DNA of 64,000 bases from Eledone cirrhosa (GCA_964016885.1 OZ024746.1:49414001-49478000); one strand, 5' to 3'; positions 27,536 to 43,220 are shown, counted from the stretch's first letter. Notes: generated by a model not told the origin, from the sequence alone. Numbers and translations: made by a program.

Positions 27536-28179
27536 TATATATATATATGTTAATGGCAATTATGTCAAAAATCTCATGATGTTTATATTTTAATGGCATT
27601 TCAGTCAGAAATCTCATCATATTTATATTTTAATTGTATTTCTGTAAAAATGTCATCGTATTTATATTTTAATGACATTTTTTTTTCAAAAGATTTCACC
27701 ATATAAAATATTTTAATGGCATTTCTGTAAAACATATCATCATATTTATGTTTTAATGGCGTCTCTGTCAAAAATTTCATTATATTCATATTTTAATTGC
27801 ATTTCTGTCAAAAAATCTCAACATATTTATATTTTAATGGGAATTCTTTCAAAAATATCATGATCTTTATATTTTATTAGTTTTTCTGTCAAAAATCTCA
27901 TTATATATATATTTTAATGGTATTTCTGACAAAAATCTCATCATATTTATATTTTAATAGAATTTCAGTTAAAAGCCTCACCATGTTTATATTATAATGG
28001 CACTTCTGTCAAAAATCTCATTGTATTTATATTTTAATGGCATGTCTCTCAAAAATTTCATCATATTTATATTTAAATGGTATTTCTGTCAACAATATCA
28101 TCATATTTATATTTTAATGGTATTTCTCTCAAAAATCTTATCATATATTATTATTTTAATGGTATTTCTGTCAAAAGAA

Positions 28180-31100
28180 TCATGCTATTTATATTTTAAT
28201 GGCATTTCTGTCAAATATATTATATATATATATTTTGATGGCATTTCTGTCAAAAGTTTTATGCTATTTATATTTTAATGGCATTTCTGTCAAATATCTC
28301 ATCATATTTATATTTTTAAGGCATTTCTGTCAAAAAACCTTATCATATTTATATTTTAATGGTATTTCTGTCAAAAATCTCATCATATTTATGTTTTAAT
28401 GACATTTTTGTAAGAACATATCTTCCTATTTATATTTTAATGACATTTCTGTAAAGAAATCATATCATATTTATATTTTAATGGCAATTCTGTCAAAAAT
28501 ATCATCCTCTTTACATTTAAATGGCATTTCTGTCAAAAACCTCATCACATTTATATTATAATGGTTTTCCTGTCAAAAATATTATCATATTTATATTTTA
28601 ATGTCATTTCCGTCAACAATCTCATCATATTTATATTATTAATGGCTTTTGTCTCAAAAATCTCATCATATTTATATTTTAATGGCATCTCTGTCAAAAA
28701 TATCATCATAATTATATTTTAATGGTATTTATGTCAAAATATCTCAATATATGTATATTTTAATGGCAATTCTTTTAAAAATAGCATCATCTTTATATTT
28801 TATTAGGTTTCTGTCAAAATTCTCATCATATTTATATTCTAATGGTATTTCTGTCAAAAATCTCATCGTATTTATATTTTAATAGAATTTCAGTTAAAAG
28901 TCTCACCATATTTATATTTTAATGGCATTTCTGTCAAAAATCTCATGGTATTTATATTTTAAAGGAATGTCTCTCAAAATCTTATCATATTTAAATTTTA
29001 ATGGTTTTCCTGTAAGAAATATCAATTATATTTATATTTTAATGGCATTTCTGTCAACAATATCATCATATTTACTTTTTAATGGCTTTTGTGTCAAAAA
29101 TCTCATCATATTTATATTGTAATGTTATTTCTATCAAAAATATTATCATATATTATTATTTTTAATGGCATTTCTCTCCAAAGTCTCATGCTATTTATAT
29201 TTTAATGGCATTTCTATCAAAAATCTTATCATATATATATATATTTTGATAGCATTTCTGTCAAAAGCCTTATGCTATTTATATTTTAATGGCATTTCTG
29301 ACAACAATCTCATGATGTTTATATTTTAATGGCATTTCAGTCAGAAATCTCATCATATTTATATTTTAATTGTATTACTGTCTAGACTATCATCATATTC
29401 ATATTCTTATGGCATTTCTTTCAAAATATCTCATCATATTTATATTTTAATGGCATTTATGTCAAAAATTTCAACATATATATGTTAATGTCAATTATGT
29501 TAAAATCTAATGATGTTTATTTTTTAAGGGCATTTCAGTCAGAAATCTCATCATATTTATATTTTAATTGTATTTCTGTCAAATTTTCAACATATTTATA
29601 TTTTAATGGCATTTCTGCAAAAATGTCATCGTATTCATATTTTTATGGCATTTTTTTCAAAAGATTTCATCACATAAATTATCGTATTTATATTTTAATG
29701 TCACTTTTTCAAAATATTTCACCATATAAAATATTTTAATGGTATTTCTGTAAAACATATCATCATTTTATTTTTTGATGGCATCTCTGTCAAAAATATC
29801 ATCATATTTATATTTTAATGGTATTTATGTCAAAATATCTCAATATATGTATATTTTAATGGCAATTCTTTTTAATATATCATCATCTTTATATTTTATT
29901 AGGTTTTCTGTCAAAAATCTCATCATATTTATATTTTAATGGTATTTCTGTCAAAAATCTCATCATATTTATATTTTAATAAAATTTCAGTTAAAGGTCT
30001 CACCATATTTATATTTTAATGGCATTTCTGTCAAAAACCTCATCGTATTTATATTTTATGGAATGTTTCTCAAAATCTCATCATATTATATTTAAATGGA
30101 AATTCTGTCAAAAATCTCATCATATTTATATTTTAATGGTATTTCTGTAAAAAATCTCATCATATTTATATTTTAATAGAATTTCAGTTAAAAGTCTCAC
30201 CATATTTATATTTAAATGGCATTTCTGTCAACAATCTCATCGTATTAATATTTTAATGGCTTTTGTGTCTAAAATCTCATCATATTTATATTTTAATGTT
30301 ATTTCTATCAAAAATATAATCTTATATTATTATTTTTAATAGCATTTCTGTCAAAAGTCTCATGCTATTTATATTTTAATGGCATTTCTGTCAAATATCT
30401 TATATATATATTTTGATGGCATTTCTGTCAAAAGTTTTATGCTATTTATATTTTAATGGCATTTCTGTCAAATATCTCATCATATTTATATTTTTAGGGC
30501 ATTTCGGTCAAAAAACCTTATCATATTTATATTTTAATGGTATTTCTGTCAAAAATCTCATCATATTTATGTTTTAATGACATTTTTGGAAGAACATATC
30601 TTCCTATTTATATTTTAATGACATTTCTGTAAAAAAATCATATCATATTTATATTTTAATGGCAATTCTGTCAAAAATATCATCATCTTTACATTTAAAT
30701 GGCATTTCTGTCAAAAACCTCATCATATTTATATTATAATGGATTTCCTGTCAAAAATATTATCATATTTATATTTTAATGTCATTTCCGTCAACAATCT
30801 CATCATATTTATATTATTAATGGCTTTTGTCTCAAAAATCTCATCATATTTATATTTTAATGGCATCTCTGTCAAAAATATCATCATAATTATATTTTAA
30901 TGGTATTTATGTCAAAATATCTCAATATATGTATATTTTAATGGCAATTCTTTTAAAAATAGCATCATCTTTATATTTTATTAGGTTTCTGTCAAAAATC
31001 TCATCATATTTATATTCTAATGGTATTTCTGTCAAAAATCTCAACATATTTATATTTTAATAGAATTTCAGTTAAAAGTCTCACCATATTTATATTTTAA

Positions 31101-34100
31101 TGGCATTTCTGTCAAAAATCTCATGGTATTTATATTTTAATGGAATGTCTCTCAAAATCTCATCATATTATATTTAAATGGCATTTCTGTCAAAAATCTC
31201 ATCATATTTAAATTTTAATGGTTTTCCTGTAAGAAATATCAATTATATTTATATTTTAATGGCATTTCTGTCAACAATATCATCATATTTACTTTTTAAT
31301 GGCTTTTGTGTCAAAAATCTCATCATATTTATATTTTAATGTTATTTCTATCAAAAATATTATCATATATTATTATTTTTAATGGCATTTCTCTCCAAAG
31401 TCTCATGCTATTTATATTTTAATGGCATTTCTATCAAAAATCTTATCATATATATATATATTTTGATAGCATTTCTGTCAAAAGCCTTATGCTATTTATA
31501 TTTTAATGGCATTTCTGACAACAATCTCATGATGTTTATATTTTAATGGCATTTCAGTCAGAAATCTCATCATATTTATATTTTAATTGTATTACTGTCT
31601 AGACTATCATCATATTCATATTCTTATGGCATTTCTTTCAAAATATCTCATCATATTTATATTTTAATGGCATTTATGTCAAAAATTTCAACATATATAT
31701 GTTAATGTCAATTATGTTAAAATCTAATGATGGTTATTTTTTAAGGGCATTTCAGTCAGAAATCTCATCATATTTATATTTTAATTGTATTTCTGTCAAA
31801 TTTTCAACATATTTATATTTTAATGGCATTTCTGCAAAAATGTCATCGTATTCATATTTTTATGGCATTTTTTTCAAAAGATTTCATCACATAAATTATC
31901 GTATTTATATTTTAATGTCACTTTTTCAAAATATTTCACCATATAAAATATTTTAATGGTATTTCTGTAAAACATATCATCATTTTATTTTTTGATGGCA
32001 TCTCTGTCAAAAATATCATCATATTTATATTTTAATGGTATTTATGTCAAAATATCTCAATATATGTATATTTTAATGGCAATTCTTTTTAATATATCAT
32101 CATCTTTATATTTTATTAGGTTTTCTGTCAAAAATCTCATCATATTTATATTTTAATGGTATTTCTGTCAAAAATCTCATCATATTTATATTTTAATAAA
32201 ATTTCAGTTAAAGGTCTCACCATATTTATATTTTAATGGCATTTCTGTCAAAAACCTCATCGTATTTATATTTTATGGAATGTTTCTCAAAATCTCATCA
32301 TATTATATTTAAATGGAAATTCTGTCAAAAATCTCATCATATTTATATTTTAATGGTATTTCTGTAAAAAATCTCATCATATTTATATTTTAATAGAATT
32401 TCAGTTAAAAGTCTCACCATATTTATATTTAAATGGCATTTCTGTCAACAATCTCATCGTATTAATATTTTAATGGCTTTTGTGTCTAAAATCTCATCAT
32501 ATTTATATTTTAATGTTATTTCTATCAAAAATATAATCTTATATTATTATTTTTAATAGCATTTCTGTCAAAAGTCTCATGCTATTTATATTTTAATGGC
32601 ATTTCTGTCAAATATCTTATATATATATTTTGATGGCATTTCTGTCAAAAGTTTTATGCTATTTATATTTTAATGGCATTTCTGTCAAATATCTCATCAT
32701 ATTTATATTTTTAGGGCATTTCGGTCAAAAAACCTTATCATATTTATATTTTAATGGTATTTCTGTCAAAAATCTCATCATATTTATGTTTTAATGACAT
32801 TTTTGGAAGAACATATCTTCCTATTTATATTTTAATGACATTTCTGTAAAAAAATCATATCATATTTATATTTTAATGGCAATTCTGTCAAAAATATCAT
32901 CATCTTTACATTTAAATGGCATTTCTGTCAAAAACCTCATCATATTTATATTATAATGGATTTCCTGTCAAAAATATTATCATATTTATATTTTAATGTC
33001 ATTTCCGTCAACAATCTCATCATATTTATATTATTAATGGCTTTTGTCTCAAAAATCTCATCATATTTATATTTTAATGGCATCTCTGTCAAAAATATCA
33101 TCATAATTATATTTTAATGGTATTTATGTCAAAATATCTCAATATATGTATATTTTAATGGCAATTCTTTTAAAAATAGCATCATCTTTATATTTTATTA
33201 GGTTTCTGTCAAAAATCTCATCATATTTATATTCTAATGGTATTTCTGTCAAAAATCTCAACATATTTATATTTTAATAGAATTTCAGTTAAAAGTCTCA
33301 CCATATTTATATTTTAATGGCATTTCTGTCAAAAATCTCATGGTATTTATATTTTAATGGAATGTCTCTCAAAATCTCATCATATTATATTTAAATGGCA
33401 TTTCTGTCAAAAATCTCATCATATTTAAATTTTAATGGTTTTCCTGTAAGAAATATCAATTATATTTATATTTTAATGGCATTTCTGTCAACAATATCAT
33501 CATATTTACTTTTTAATGGCTTTTGTGTCAAAAATCTCATCATATTTATATTTTAATGTTATTTCTATCAAAAATATTATCATATATTATTATTTTTAAT
33601 GGCATTTCTCTCCAAAGTCTCATGCTATTTATATTTTAATGGCATTTCTATCAAAAATCTTATCATATATATATATATTTTGATAGCATTTCTGTCAAAA
33701 GCCTTATGCTATTTATATTTTAATGGCATTTCTGACAACAATCTCATGATGTTTATATTTTAATGGCATTTCAGTCAGAAATCTCATCATATTTATATTT
33801 TAATTGTATTACTGTCTAGACTATCATCATATTCATATTCTTATGGCATTTCTTTCAAAATATCTCATCATATTTATATTTTAATGGCATTTATGTCAAA
33901 AATTTCAACATATATATGTTAATGTCAATTATGTTAAAATCTAATGATGGTTATTTTTTAAGGGCATTTCAGTCAGAAATCTCATCATATTTATATTTTA
34001 ATTGTATTTCTGTCAAATTTTCAACATATTTATATTTTAATGGCATTTCTGCAAAAATGTCATCGTATTCATATTTTTATGGCATTTTTTTCAAAAGATT

Positions 34101-36840
34101 TCATCACATAAATTATCGTATTTATATTTTAATGTCACTTTTTCAAAATATTTCACCATATAAAATATTTTAATGGTATTTCTGTAAAACATATCATCAT
34201 TTTATTTTTTGATGGCATCTCTGTCAAAAATATCATCATATTTATATTTTAATGGTATTTATGTCAAAATATCTCAATATATGTATATTTTAATGGCAAT
34301 TCTTTTTAATATATCATCATCTTTATATTTTATTAGGTTTTCTGTCAAAAATCTCATCATATTTATATTTTAATGGTATTTCTGTCAAAAATCTCATCAT
34401 ATTTATATTTTAATAAAATTTCAGTTAAAGGTCTCACCATATTTATATTTTAATGGCATTTCTGTCAAAAACCTCATCGTATTTATATTTTATGGAATGT
34501 TTCTCAAAATCTCATCATATTATATTTAAATGGAAATTCTGTCAAAAATCTCATCATATTTATATTTTAATGGTATTTCTGTAAAAAATCTCATCATATT
34601 TATATTTTAATAGAATTTCAGTTAAAAGTCTCACCATATTTATATTTAAATGGCATTTCTGTCAACAATCTCATCGTATTAATATTTTAATGGCTTTTGT
34701 GTCTAAAATCTCATCATATTTATATTTTAATGTTATTTCTATCAAAAATATAATCTTATATTATTATTTTTAATAGCATTTCTGTCAAAAGTCTCATGCT
34801 ATTTATATTTTAATGGCATTTCTGTCAAATATCTTATATATATATTTTGATGGCATTTCTGTCAAAAGTTTTATGCTATTTATATTTTAATGGCATTTCT
34901 GTCAAATATCTCATCATATTTATATTTTTAGGGCATTTCGGTCAAAAAACCTTATCATATTTATATTTTAATGGTATTTCTGTCAAAAATCTCATCATAT
35001 TTATGTTTTAATGACATTTTTGGAAGAACATATCTTCCTATTTATATTTTAATGACATTTCTGTAAAAAAATCATATCATATTTATATTTTAATGGCAAT
35101 TCTGTCAAAAATATCATCATCTTTACATTTAAATGGCATTTCTGTCAAAAACCTCATCATATTTATATTATAATGGTTTTCCTGTCAAAAATATTATCAT
35201 ATTTATATTTTAATGTCATTTCCGTCAACAATCTCATCATATTTATATTATTAATGGCTTTTGTCTCAAAAATCTCATCATATTTATATTTTAATGGCAT
35301 CTCTGTCAAAAATATCATCATAATTATATTTTAATGGTATTTATGTCAAAATATCTCAATATATGTATATTTTAATGGCAATTCTTTTAAAAATAGCATC
35401 ATCTTTATATTTTATTAGGTTTCTGTCAAAAATCTCATCATATTTATATTCTAATGGTATTTCTGTCAAAAATCTCAACATATTTATATTTTAATAGAAT
35501 TTCAGTTAAAAGTCTCACCATATTTATATTTTAATGGCATTTCTGTCAAAAATCTCATGGTATTTATATTTTAATGGAATGTCTCTCAAAATCTCATCAT
35601 ATTATATTTAAATGGCATTTCTGTCAAAAATCTCATCATATTTAAATTTTAATGGTTTTCCTGTAAGAAATATCAATTATATTTATATTTTAATGGCATT
35701 TCTGTCAACAATATCATCATATTTACTTTTTAATGGCTTTTGTGTCAAAAATCTCATCATATTTATATTTTAATGTTATTTCTATAAAAAATATTATCAT
35801 ATATTATTATTTTTAATGGCATTTCTCTCCAAAGTCTCATGCTATTTATATTTTAATGGCATTTCTATCAAAAATCTTATCATATATATATATATTTTGA
35901 TGGCATTTCTGTCAAAAGCCTTATGCTATTTATATTTTAATGGCATTTCTGACAACAATCTCATGATGTTTATATTTTAATGGCATTTCAGTCAGAAATC
36001 TCATCATATTTATATTTTAATTGTATTACTGTCTAGACTATCATGATATTCATATTCTTATGGCATTTCTTTCAAAATATCTCATCATATTTATATTTTA
36101 ATGGCATTTATGTCAAAAATTTCAACATATATATGTTAATGTCAATTATGTTAAAATCTAATGATGTTTATTTTTTAAGGGCATTTCAGTCAGAAATCTC
36201 ATCATATTTATATTTTAATTGTATTTCTGTCAAATTTTCAACATATTTATATTTTAATGGCATTTCTGCAAAAATGTCATCGTATTCATATTTTAATGGC
36301 ATTTTTTTCAAAAGATTTCATCACATAAATTATCGTATTTATATTTTAATGTCACTTTTTCAAAATATTTCACCATATAAAATATTTTAATGGTATTTCT
36401 GTAAAACATATCATCATTTTATTTTTTGATGGCATCTCTGTCAAAAATATCATCATATTTATATTTTAATGGTATTTATGTCAAAATATCTCAATATATG
36501 TATATTTTAATGGCAATTCTTTTTAATATATCATCATCTTTATATTTTATTAGGTTTTCTGTCAAAAATCTCATCATATTTATATTTTAATGGTATTTCT
36601 GTCAAAAATCTCATCATATTTATATTTTAATAGAATTTCAGTTAAAAGTCTCACCATATTTATATTTAAATGGCATTTCTGTCAACAATCTCATCGTATT
36701 AATATTTTAATGGCTTTTGTGTCTAAAATCTCATCATATTTATATTTTAATGTTATTTCTATCAAAAATATAATCTTATATTATTATTTTTAATAGCATT
36801 TCTGTCAAAAGTCTCATGCTATTTATATTTTAATGGCATT
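28180..36840. repeat. Higher-order repeat, 2217-bp unit (~55 monomers), ~4 near-identical copies
   Basis: The same spurious ORF motif recurs at 29482, 31699, 33916 and 36133, exactly 2217 apart. Confidence 0.92.
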
Positions 36841-38727
36841 TCTATAAAAAATGTCATCATATATTTTGATGGCATTTCTGTCAAAAGTCTATTTATATTT
36901 TAATGGCATTTCTGACAAACATGTCAACATATTTATATTTTTATAGCATTTCTGTCAAAAAATCTTATATTTATATTTTAATGGTATTTCTGTCAAAATT
37001 CTCATTATATTCATATTTTCATGTCATTTTTGTAAGAACATATCTTCCTATTTATATTGTAATGACTTTTCTGTCAGAAATCTCATCATATTTATATTTT
37101 AATGACATTTCTGTCAAAAATATCATTATATTTATATTTAAACGGCATTTCTGTCAAAAATCTCACCATATTTATAATTTAATGGCATTTCTGTCAAGAA
37201 TATCATCATATTTACATTCTTATGGCATTTCTGTCAAAATATCTCATTATATTTATATTTAAATGGCATTTATGTAAAAAATGTCAACATATATATATGT
37301 TAATGACAATTATGTCAAAAATCTCATGATGTTTCTATTTTAATGGCATTTCAGTCAGAAATCTCATCATATTTATATTTTAACTGTATTACTGTCAAAG
37401 TTCTCATTACATTTATATATTAATGGCATTTCTGAAAAAATGTCATCGTATATATATTTTAATGGTATTTGTTTCAAATAATTTCATCATATAAAATACC
37501 ATTTTAATGGCATTTCCATAAAACAAATTACCATCTTTATATTTTATTAGGTTTTCTGTCAAAAACCTCATCATATTTATATTATAATGGTTTTCCTGTC
37601 AAAAATATTATCATATTTATATTTTAATAGAATTTCAGTTAAAAGCCTCACCATGTTTATATTTTATTGGCATTTCCGTCAAAAATCTCATTGTATTTAT
37701 ATTTTAATGGTTTTCTTGTAAAAAATATCAACATATTTATATTTTAATGGTATTTCTGTCAACAATATCATCATATTTATATTTTAATGGCTTTTTTGTC
37801 AAAAATCTCATCATATTTATATTTTAATGTTATTTCTATCAAAAATATTATCATATATTATTATTTTTAATGGCATTTCTCTCCAAAGTCTCATGCTATT
37901 TATAGTTTAATGGCATTTCTATCAAAAATCTTATAATATATATATATTTTGATGGCATTTCTCTCAAAAGCCTTATGCTATTTATATTTTAATGGCATTT
38001 CTGTCAAGAATATCATCATATTCAAATTCTTATGTCATTTCTGTAAAAATATCACATCATATTTATATTTTAATGGCATTTATGTCAAAAATGTCAACAT
38101 ATGTATATATATGTTAATGGCAATTATGTCAAAAATCTCATGATGTTTATATTTTAAAGGCATTTCAGTCAGAAATGTCATCATATTTATATTTTAATTG
38201 TATTTCTGCAAAAATCTTACAGTATTCATATTTTAATGGCATTTTTTTCAAAATATTTCATGATATAAAATATCATCGTATTTATATTTTAATGGGGTTT
38301 TTTCCAAAACATTTCACCATATAAAATATTTTAATGGCATTTCTGTAAAACATATCATCATATTTAAGTTTTAATGGCATATCTGTCAAACAATCTCAAC
38401 ATACTTATATTTTAATGGGAATTCTTTCAAAAATATCATGATCTTTATATTTTATTACGTTTTCTCATCATATTTATATTTTAATGGTATTTCTATCAAA
38501 AATTTCATCATATTTATATTTTAATAGAATTTCAGTTCAAAGTCTCACCATGTTTATATTTTAATGGCATTTCTGTCAAAAATCTCATCGTATTTATATT
38601 TTAATACCATGTCTCTCAAAAATTTCATCATATTTATATTTAAATGGCATTTCTCTCACCAATCTCATCATATTTATATTTTAATGGTATTTCTGTCAAA
38701 AATCTTATCATATATTATTATTTTTAA

Positions 38728-38917
38728 GGGCGGTGGTGGATTGGCAGTATCGGTAGAGGGTCGGACGCCATGCTTTCCAGCATAGTTACGTCCCTTTACG
38801 ATCTGAGTTCAAATCCCGCCGAGGTTACCTTTGCCTTTCATCCTTTCGGGGTCGATAAAATAAAGTACCAGTAATGCACTGGGTATTTGCTGGCCTTGTG
38901 CCTAATGTAGAAACAAC
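38728..38917 (+). mobile_element. tRNA-derived SINE inserted in satellite
   Basis: A-box-like TGGCAGTATCGG, B-box GAGTTCAAATCC, and central GCCTTTCATCCTTTCGGGGTCGATAAAATAAAGTACCAG (resembles the MetaSINE domain, from memory). 9-bp TSD TATTTTTAA. Confidence 0.88.
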
Positions 38918-39060
38918 TATTTTTAATGGCATTTCTGTCAAAAGTCTCATGCTATTTATATTTTAATGGTATTTGTCAAACATCTTATCATATATATGTA
39001 TTTTGATGGCATTTCTATCAAAAGTCTTATGCTATTTATATTTTAATGGCATTTCTGTCA

Positions 39061-40340
39061 AATATCTCATCATATTTATATTTTTAAGGCATTTCTGTCA
39101 AAAATTCTTATGATATTTATATTTTAATCGTATTCCTGTCAAAAATCCCATCATATTTATATTTTAATGGCAATTCTTTCAAAAATATCATCATCTTTAT
39201 ATTTTATTAGGTTTTCTGTCAAAAATCTCAGTATATTTATATTTTAATGGTATTTCTGTCAAAAATCTCTTTATATTTATATTTTAATAGAATTTCAGTT
39301 AAAAGACTCACCATGTTTATATTTTAATTGCATTTCTGTCAAGAATATCATCATATCCATATTCTTATGTCATTTCTGTAAACATATCTCATCATATTTA
39401 TATTTTAATGGCATTTATGTCAAAAATGTCAACATATATATATGTTAATGGCAATTATGTCAAAAATCTCATGATGTTTATATTTTAATGGCATTTCAGT
39501 TAGAAATCTCATCATAATTGTATTTCTGCAAAAATGTCATCGTATTTATATTTTAATGGCATTTTTTTCAAAAGATTTCATGATATAACATATCATCGTA
39601 TTTATATTTAAATGGCATTTTTTTCAAAAGATTTCACCATATATAATATTTTAATGGCATTTCTGTAAAACATATCATCATATTTATGTTTTAATGGCAT
39701 TTCTGTCAAATATCTCATCATATTTATATTTTTAAGGCATTTCTGTCAAAAATTCTTATGATATTTATATTTTAATCGTATTTCTGTCAAAAATCCCATC
39801 ATATTTATATTTTAATGGCAATTCTTTCAAAAATATCATCATCTTTATATTTTATTAGGTTTTCTGTCAAAAATCTCAGTATATTTATATTTTAATGGTA
39901 TTTCTGTCAAAAATCTCTTTATATTTATATTTTAATAGAATTTCAGTTAAAAGTCTCACCATGTTTATATTTTAATTGCATTTCTGTCAAGAATATCATC
40001 ATATCCATATTCTTATGTCATTTCTGTAAACATATCTCATCATATTTATATTTTAATGGCATTTATGTCAAAAATGTCAACATATATATATATGTTAATG
40101 GCAATTATGTCACAAATGTCATGATGTTTATATTTTAATGGCATTTCAGTTAGAAATCTCATCATAATTGTATTTCTGCAAAAATGTCATCGTATTTATA
40201 TTTTAATGGCATTTTTTTCAAAAGATTTCATGATATAACATATCATCGTATTTATATTTTAATGGCATTTTTTTTCAAAAGATTTCACCATATATAATAT
40301 TTTAATGGCATTTCTGTAAAACATATCATCATATTTATGT
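39061..40340. repeat. Local 648-bp tandem duplication of a satellite block
   Basis: Diagnostic variant monomers at 39061 recur at 39709. Confidence 0.75.
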
Positions 40341-43159
40341 TTTAAGGGCACCTCTGTCAAAAATATAATTATATTTATATTTTAATTGCATGTCTGTCAA
40401 AAAATCTCAACATATTTATATTTTAATGGCAATTCTTTCAAAAATATCATGATCTTTATATTTTATTAGGTTTTCTTTCAAAATTCTCATCATATTTATA
40501 TTTTAATCGTATTTCTGTCAAAAATATCATCATATTTATATTTTAATAGAATTTCAGTTAAAAGTCTCACGATGTTTATATTTTAATGGCATTTCTGTCA
40601 AAAATATCATCATATTCATATTCTTATGTCATTTCTCTCAAAAATTTCATCACATTTATATATATATATTTCAATGGCATTTCTGTCACCAATCTCATCA
40701 TATTTATATTTTAATGGCATTTCTCTCAAAAATCTTACCATGTATTATTATTTTTAATGGCATTTCTTTCAAAAGTCTTATGCTATTTATATTTTAATGG
40801 CATTTCTCTCAAATATCTCATCATATGTATATTTTTAAGGCATTTCTGTCAAATAATCTTATCATATTTATATTTTAATGGTATTTCTGTCAAAAATCTC
40901 ATTATATTTATATTTTAATGACATTTTTGTAAGAACTTATCTTCCTATTTATATTTTAATGAAATTTCTGTCAAAAATCTCATCATATTTATATTTTAAT
41001 GGCAATTCTTAAAACAATATCATCATCTTTATATTTAAATGGCATTTCTCTCAAAAACCTCATCATCTTTATATTTTAATGGTTTTCCTGTCAAATATAT
41101 CATCATATTTATATTTTAATGGTATTTCGTCAACAATCTCATCATATTTATATTATTAATGGCTTTTGTGTCAAAAATCTCATCATATTTATATTTTAAT
41201 GGCATGTCTCTCAAAAATTTCATCATATTTATATTTAAATGGCATTTCTGTCAACAATCTCATCATATTTATATTTTAATGGCATTTCTGTCAAAAAATT
41301 TGTCATATATTATTATTTTTAATGGTATTTCTTTCAAAAGTCTCATGCTATTTATATTTTAATGGCATTTCTGTCAAACATCTGATCATATATATATATT
41401 TTGATGGCATTTCTGTCAAAAGTATTATGCTATTTATATTTTAATGACATTTCTGTCAAATATCTCATCATATTTATATTTTTGAGGCATTTCTGTCAAA
41501 AAATCTTATATTTATATTTTAATGGTATTTCTGTCAAAAATATCATCATATTTATATTTTAATGGTTTTCCTGTCAAAAATATCATCATATTTATATTTT
41601 AATGGCATTTCCGTCAACAATCTCATCATATTTATATTATTAATGGCTTTTGTGTAAAAAATCTCATCATATTCATATTTTAATGGTATTTCTGTCAACA
41701 ATGTTATCATATATTATTATTTCTTATGGCATTTCTGTCAAAAGTCACATGCTATTTATATTTTTATGGAATTTCTGTCTAAATTATTATCATATATATA
41801 TATTTTGATGGCATTTCTGTCAAATATCTCATCACATTTATATTTTTATCGCATTTCTGTCAAAAAATCTTATCATATTTATATTTAAATGGTATTTCTG
41901 TCAAAAATCTCATCCTATTTATATTTTAATGACCTTTTTGTAAAAGAAATCTTCCTAGTTATATTTTAATGACATTTCTGTCAAAAATCTCATCATATTT
42001 ATATTTTAATTGCATTTCTGTCAATTGTCTCATCCTATTTATATTGTTATATACTAGCAGCTGCATTCCTCACCACCATTAACAGTTTACCTCTAGGTTT
42101 TATCAACATATAATTATCCCCGACAGCATCACATTCTATGATCAGCTGATTCCTCTACTTACCTCCTATTTATCTCAAATCCTATACTCTACAATACCTA
42201 TTAGGAATAAACATAAAGTTACCACCATTTAATATAACTAACTTACTCTAACTTACTAATATTTTATTCTTTTAATTAATATATGGGTAGGTAGTCATAA
42301 AATGAGACCGTTAAGGTATTACAGGGAAAAAGATTGTATTTAAAATTAAATATATAAATTTAAAAATAAATAGCATTATATAAAAGGATTCACTTATAAG
42401 ATAATATATTGTATATTAACACAGAATTTAACTAATTGAAGTTGTAAACAACTATACACTTTTTCTTTTATATACAAATTAATCGCCAATTACCTCCCCT
42501 TTCACATTAGCTCCCCTTAATATAGATCTCTAATTCACTTCCTGAAATTAAACCGTTAGACAGATCATTCTAGAACAACTCGTACCCTTGATAAGATTGT
42601 AATAGGACCAATATACAATCCATAGTTGTAACTACTGATAAACATTTACTAAAATATAACCGATGTAATGGAAAGGAGAATCTTGATATTAATACTCACA
42701 ACACATGCACATTTGAACATTACCGGAACAATTATCACATTACATCCACCATAAACTTTATAGAAACTGCTTTTCATACCAACGCATCTCTGTCTGCTTA
42801 ATGTGCTTTTATACCTGTATTGTATTATGTGATACCTTTGCCATACTATGATATATATGCTTAGTACCATTGCTTGTTTCTTACCTGGTTATTCTATACA
42901 TGCCTAACACATCTGCACTCTTTCTATACGCTTGCATATGTAGTGTAGTGCTAATGTCCTCGTTTTGCGAGTAACTTTCTTCTTTAATTACTCTATAATT
43001 GTTGTAATATTCTTTTATAATCTTTGTCGCATCCACTAATACTGACCACATCATCTTCACTCTTTAAATATGACACTGTTGATGACAACACTAACATCTA
43101 TGTATCTTTACGATTGTTCTGTGGAATATGAGGTTAATTATATGTCTAAACTTTGCTAG

Positions 43160-43206
43160 TGCTCCGATGATTCCAAACGAAAGTTTGGAAGAAACGATTG
43201 TCAGCA
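43160..43206 (+). ncRNA. Type I hammerhead-like motif with U4C core variant (PLE pLTR remnant)
   Basis: TGCT-CCGATGA-TTCCAAAC/GAAA/GTTTGGAA-GAAAC-GATT-GTC-AGCA followed by AATAAA. Confidence 0.7.
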
Positions 43207-43220
43207 ATAAAATGTTTTGA

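Larger units (their letters stand above)
1..42050. repeat. AT-rich tandem satellite, 40-bp monomer (consensus AAAAATCTCATCATATTTATATTTTAATGGCATTTCTGTC), interrupted by three insertions
   Basis: Exact 40-bp period visible, e.g. 18001-18160. Diverged monomers run from base 1 to about 42050 in one orientation. Confidence 0.97.

Noticed and set aside
38728-38830. tRNA gene
   Set aside because: A/B boxes are present but there is no cloverleaf; it is the head of a multi-copy, TSD-flanked SINE.
1-42050. Dozens of 60-137 aa ORFs (ISSYLYFNGISVK-type)
   Set aside because: They are translations of the 40-bp satellite in shifting frames, with no coding signal.
1-42050. CRISPR-like regular repeats
   Set aside because: Monomers are contiguous with no unique spacers, there are no cas genes, and the context is eukaryotic.
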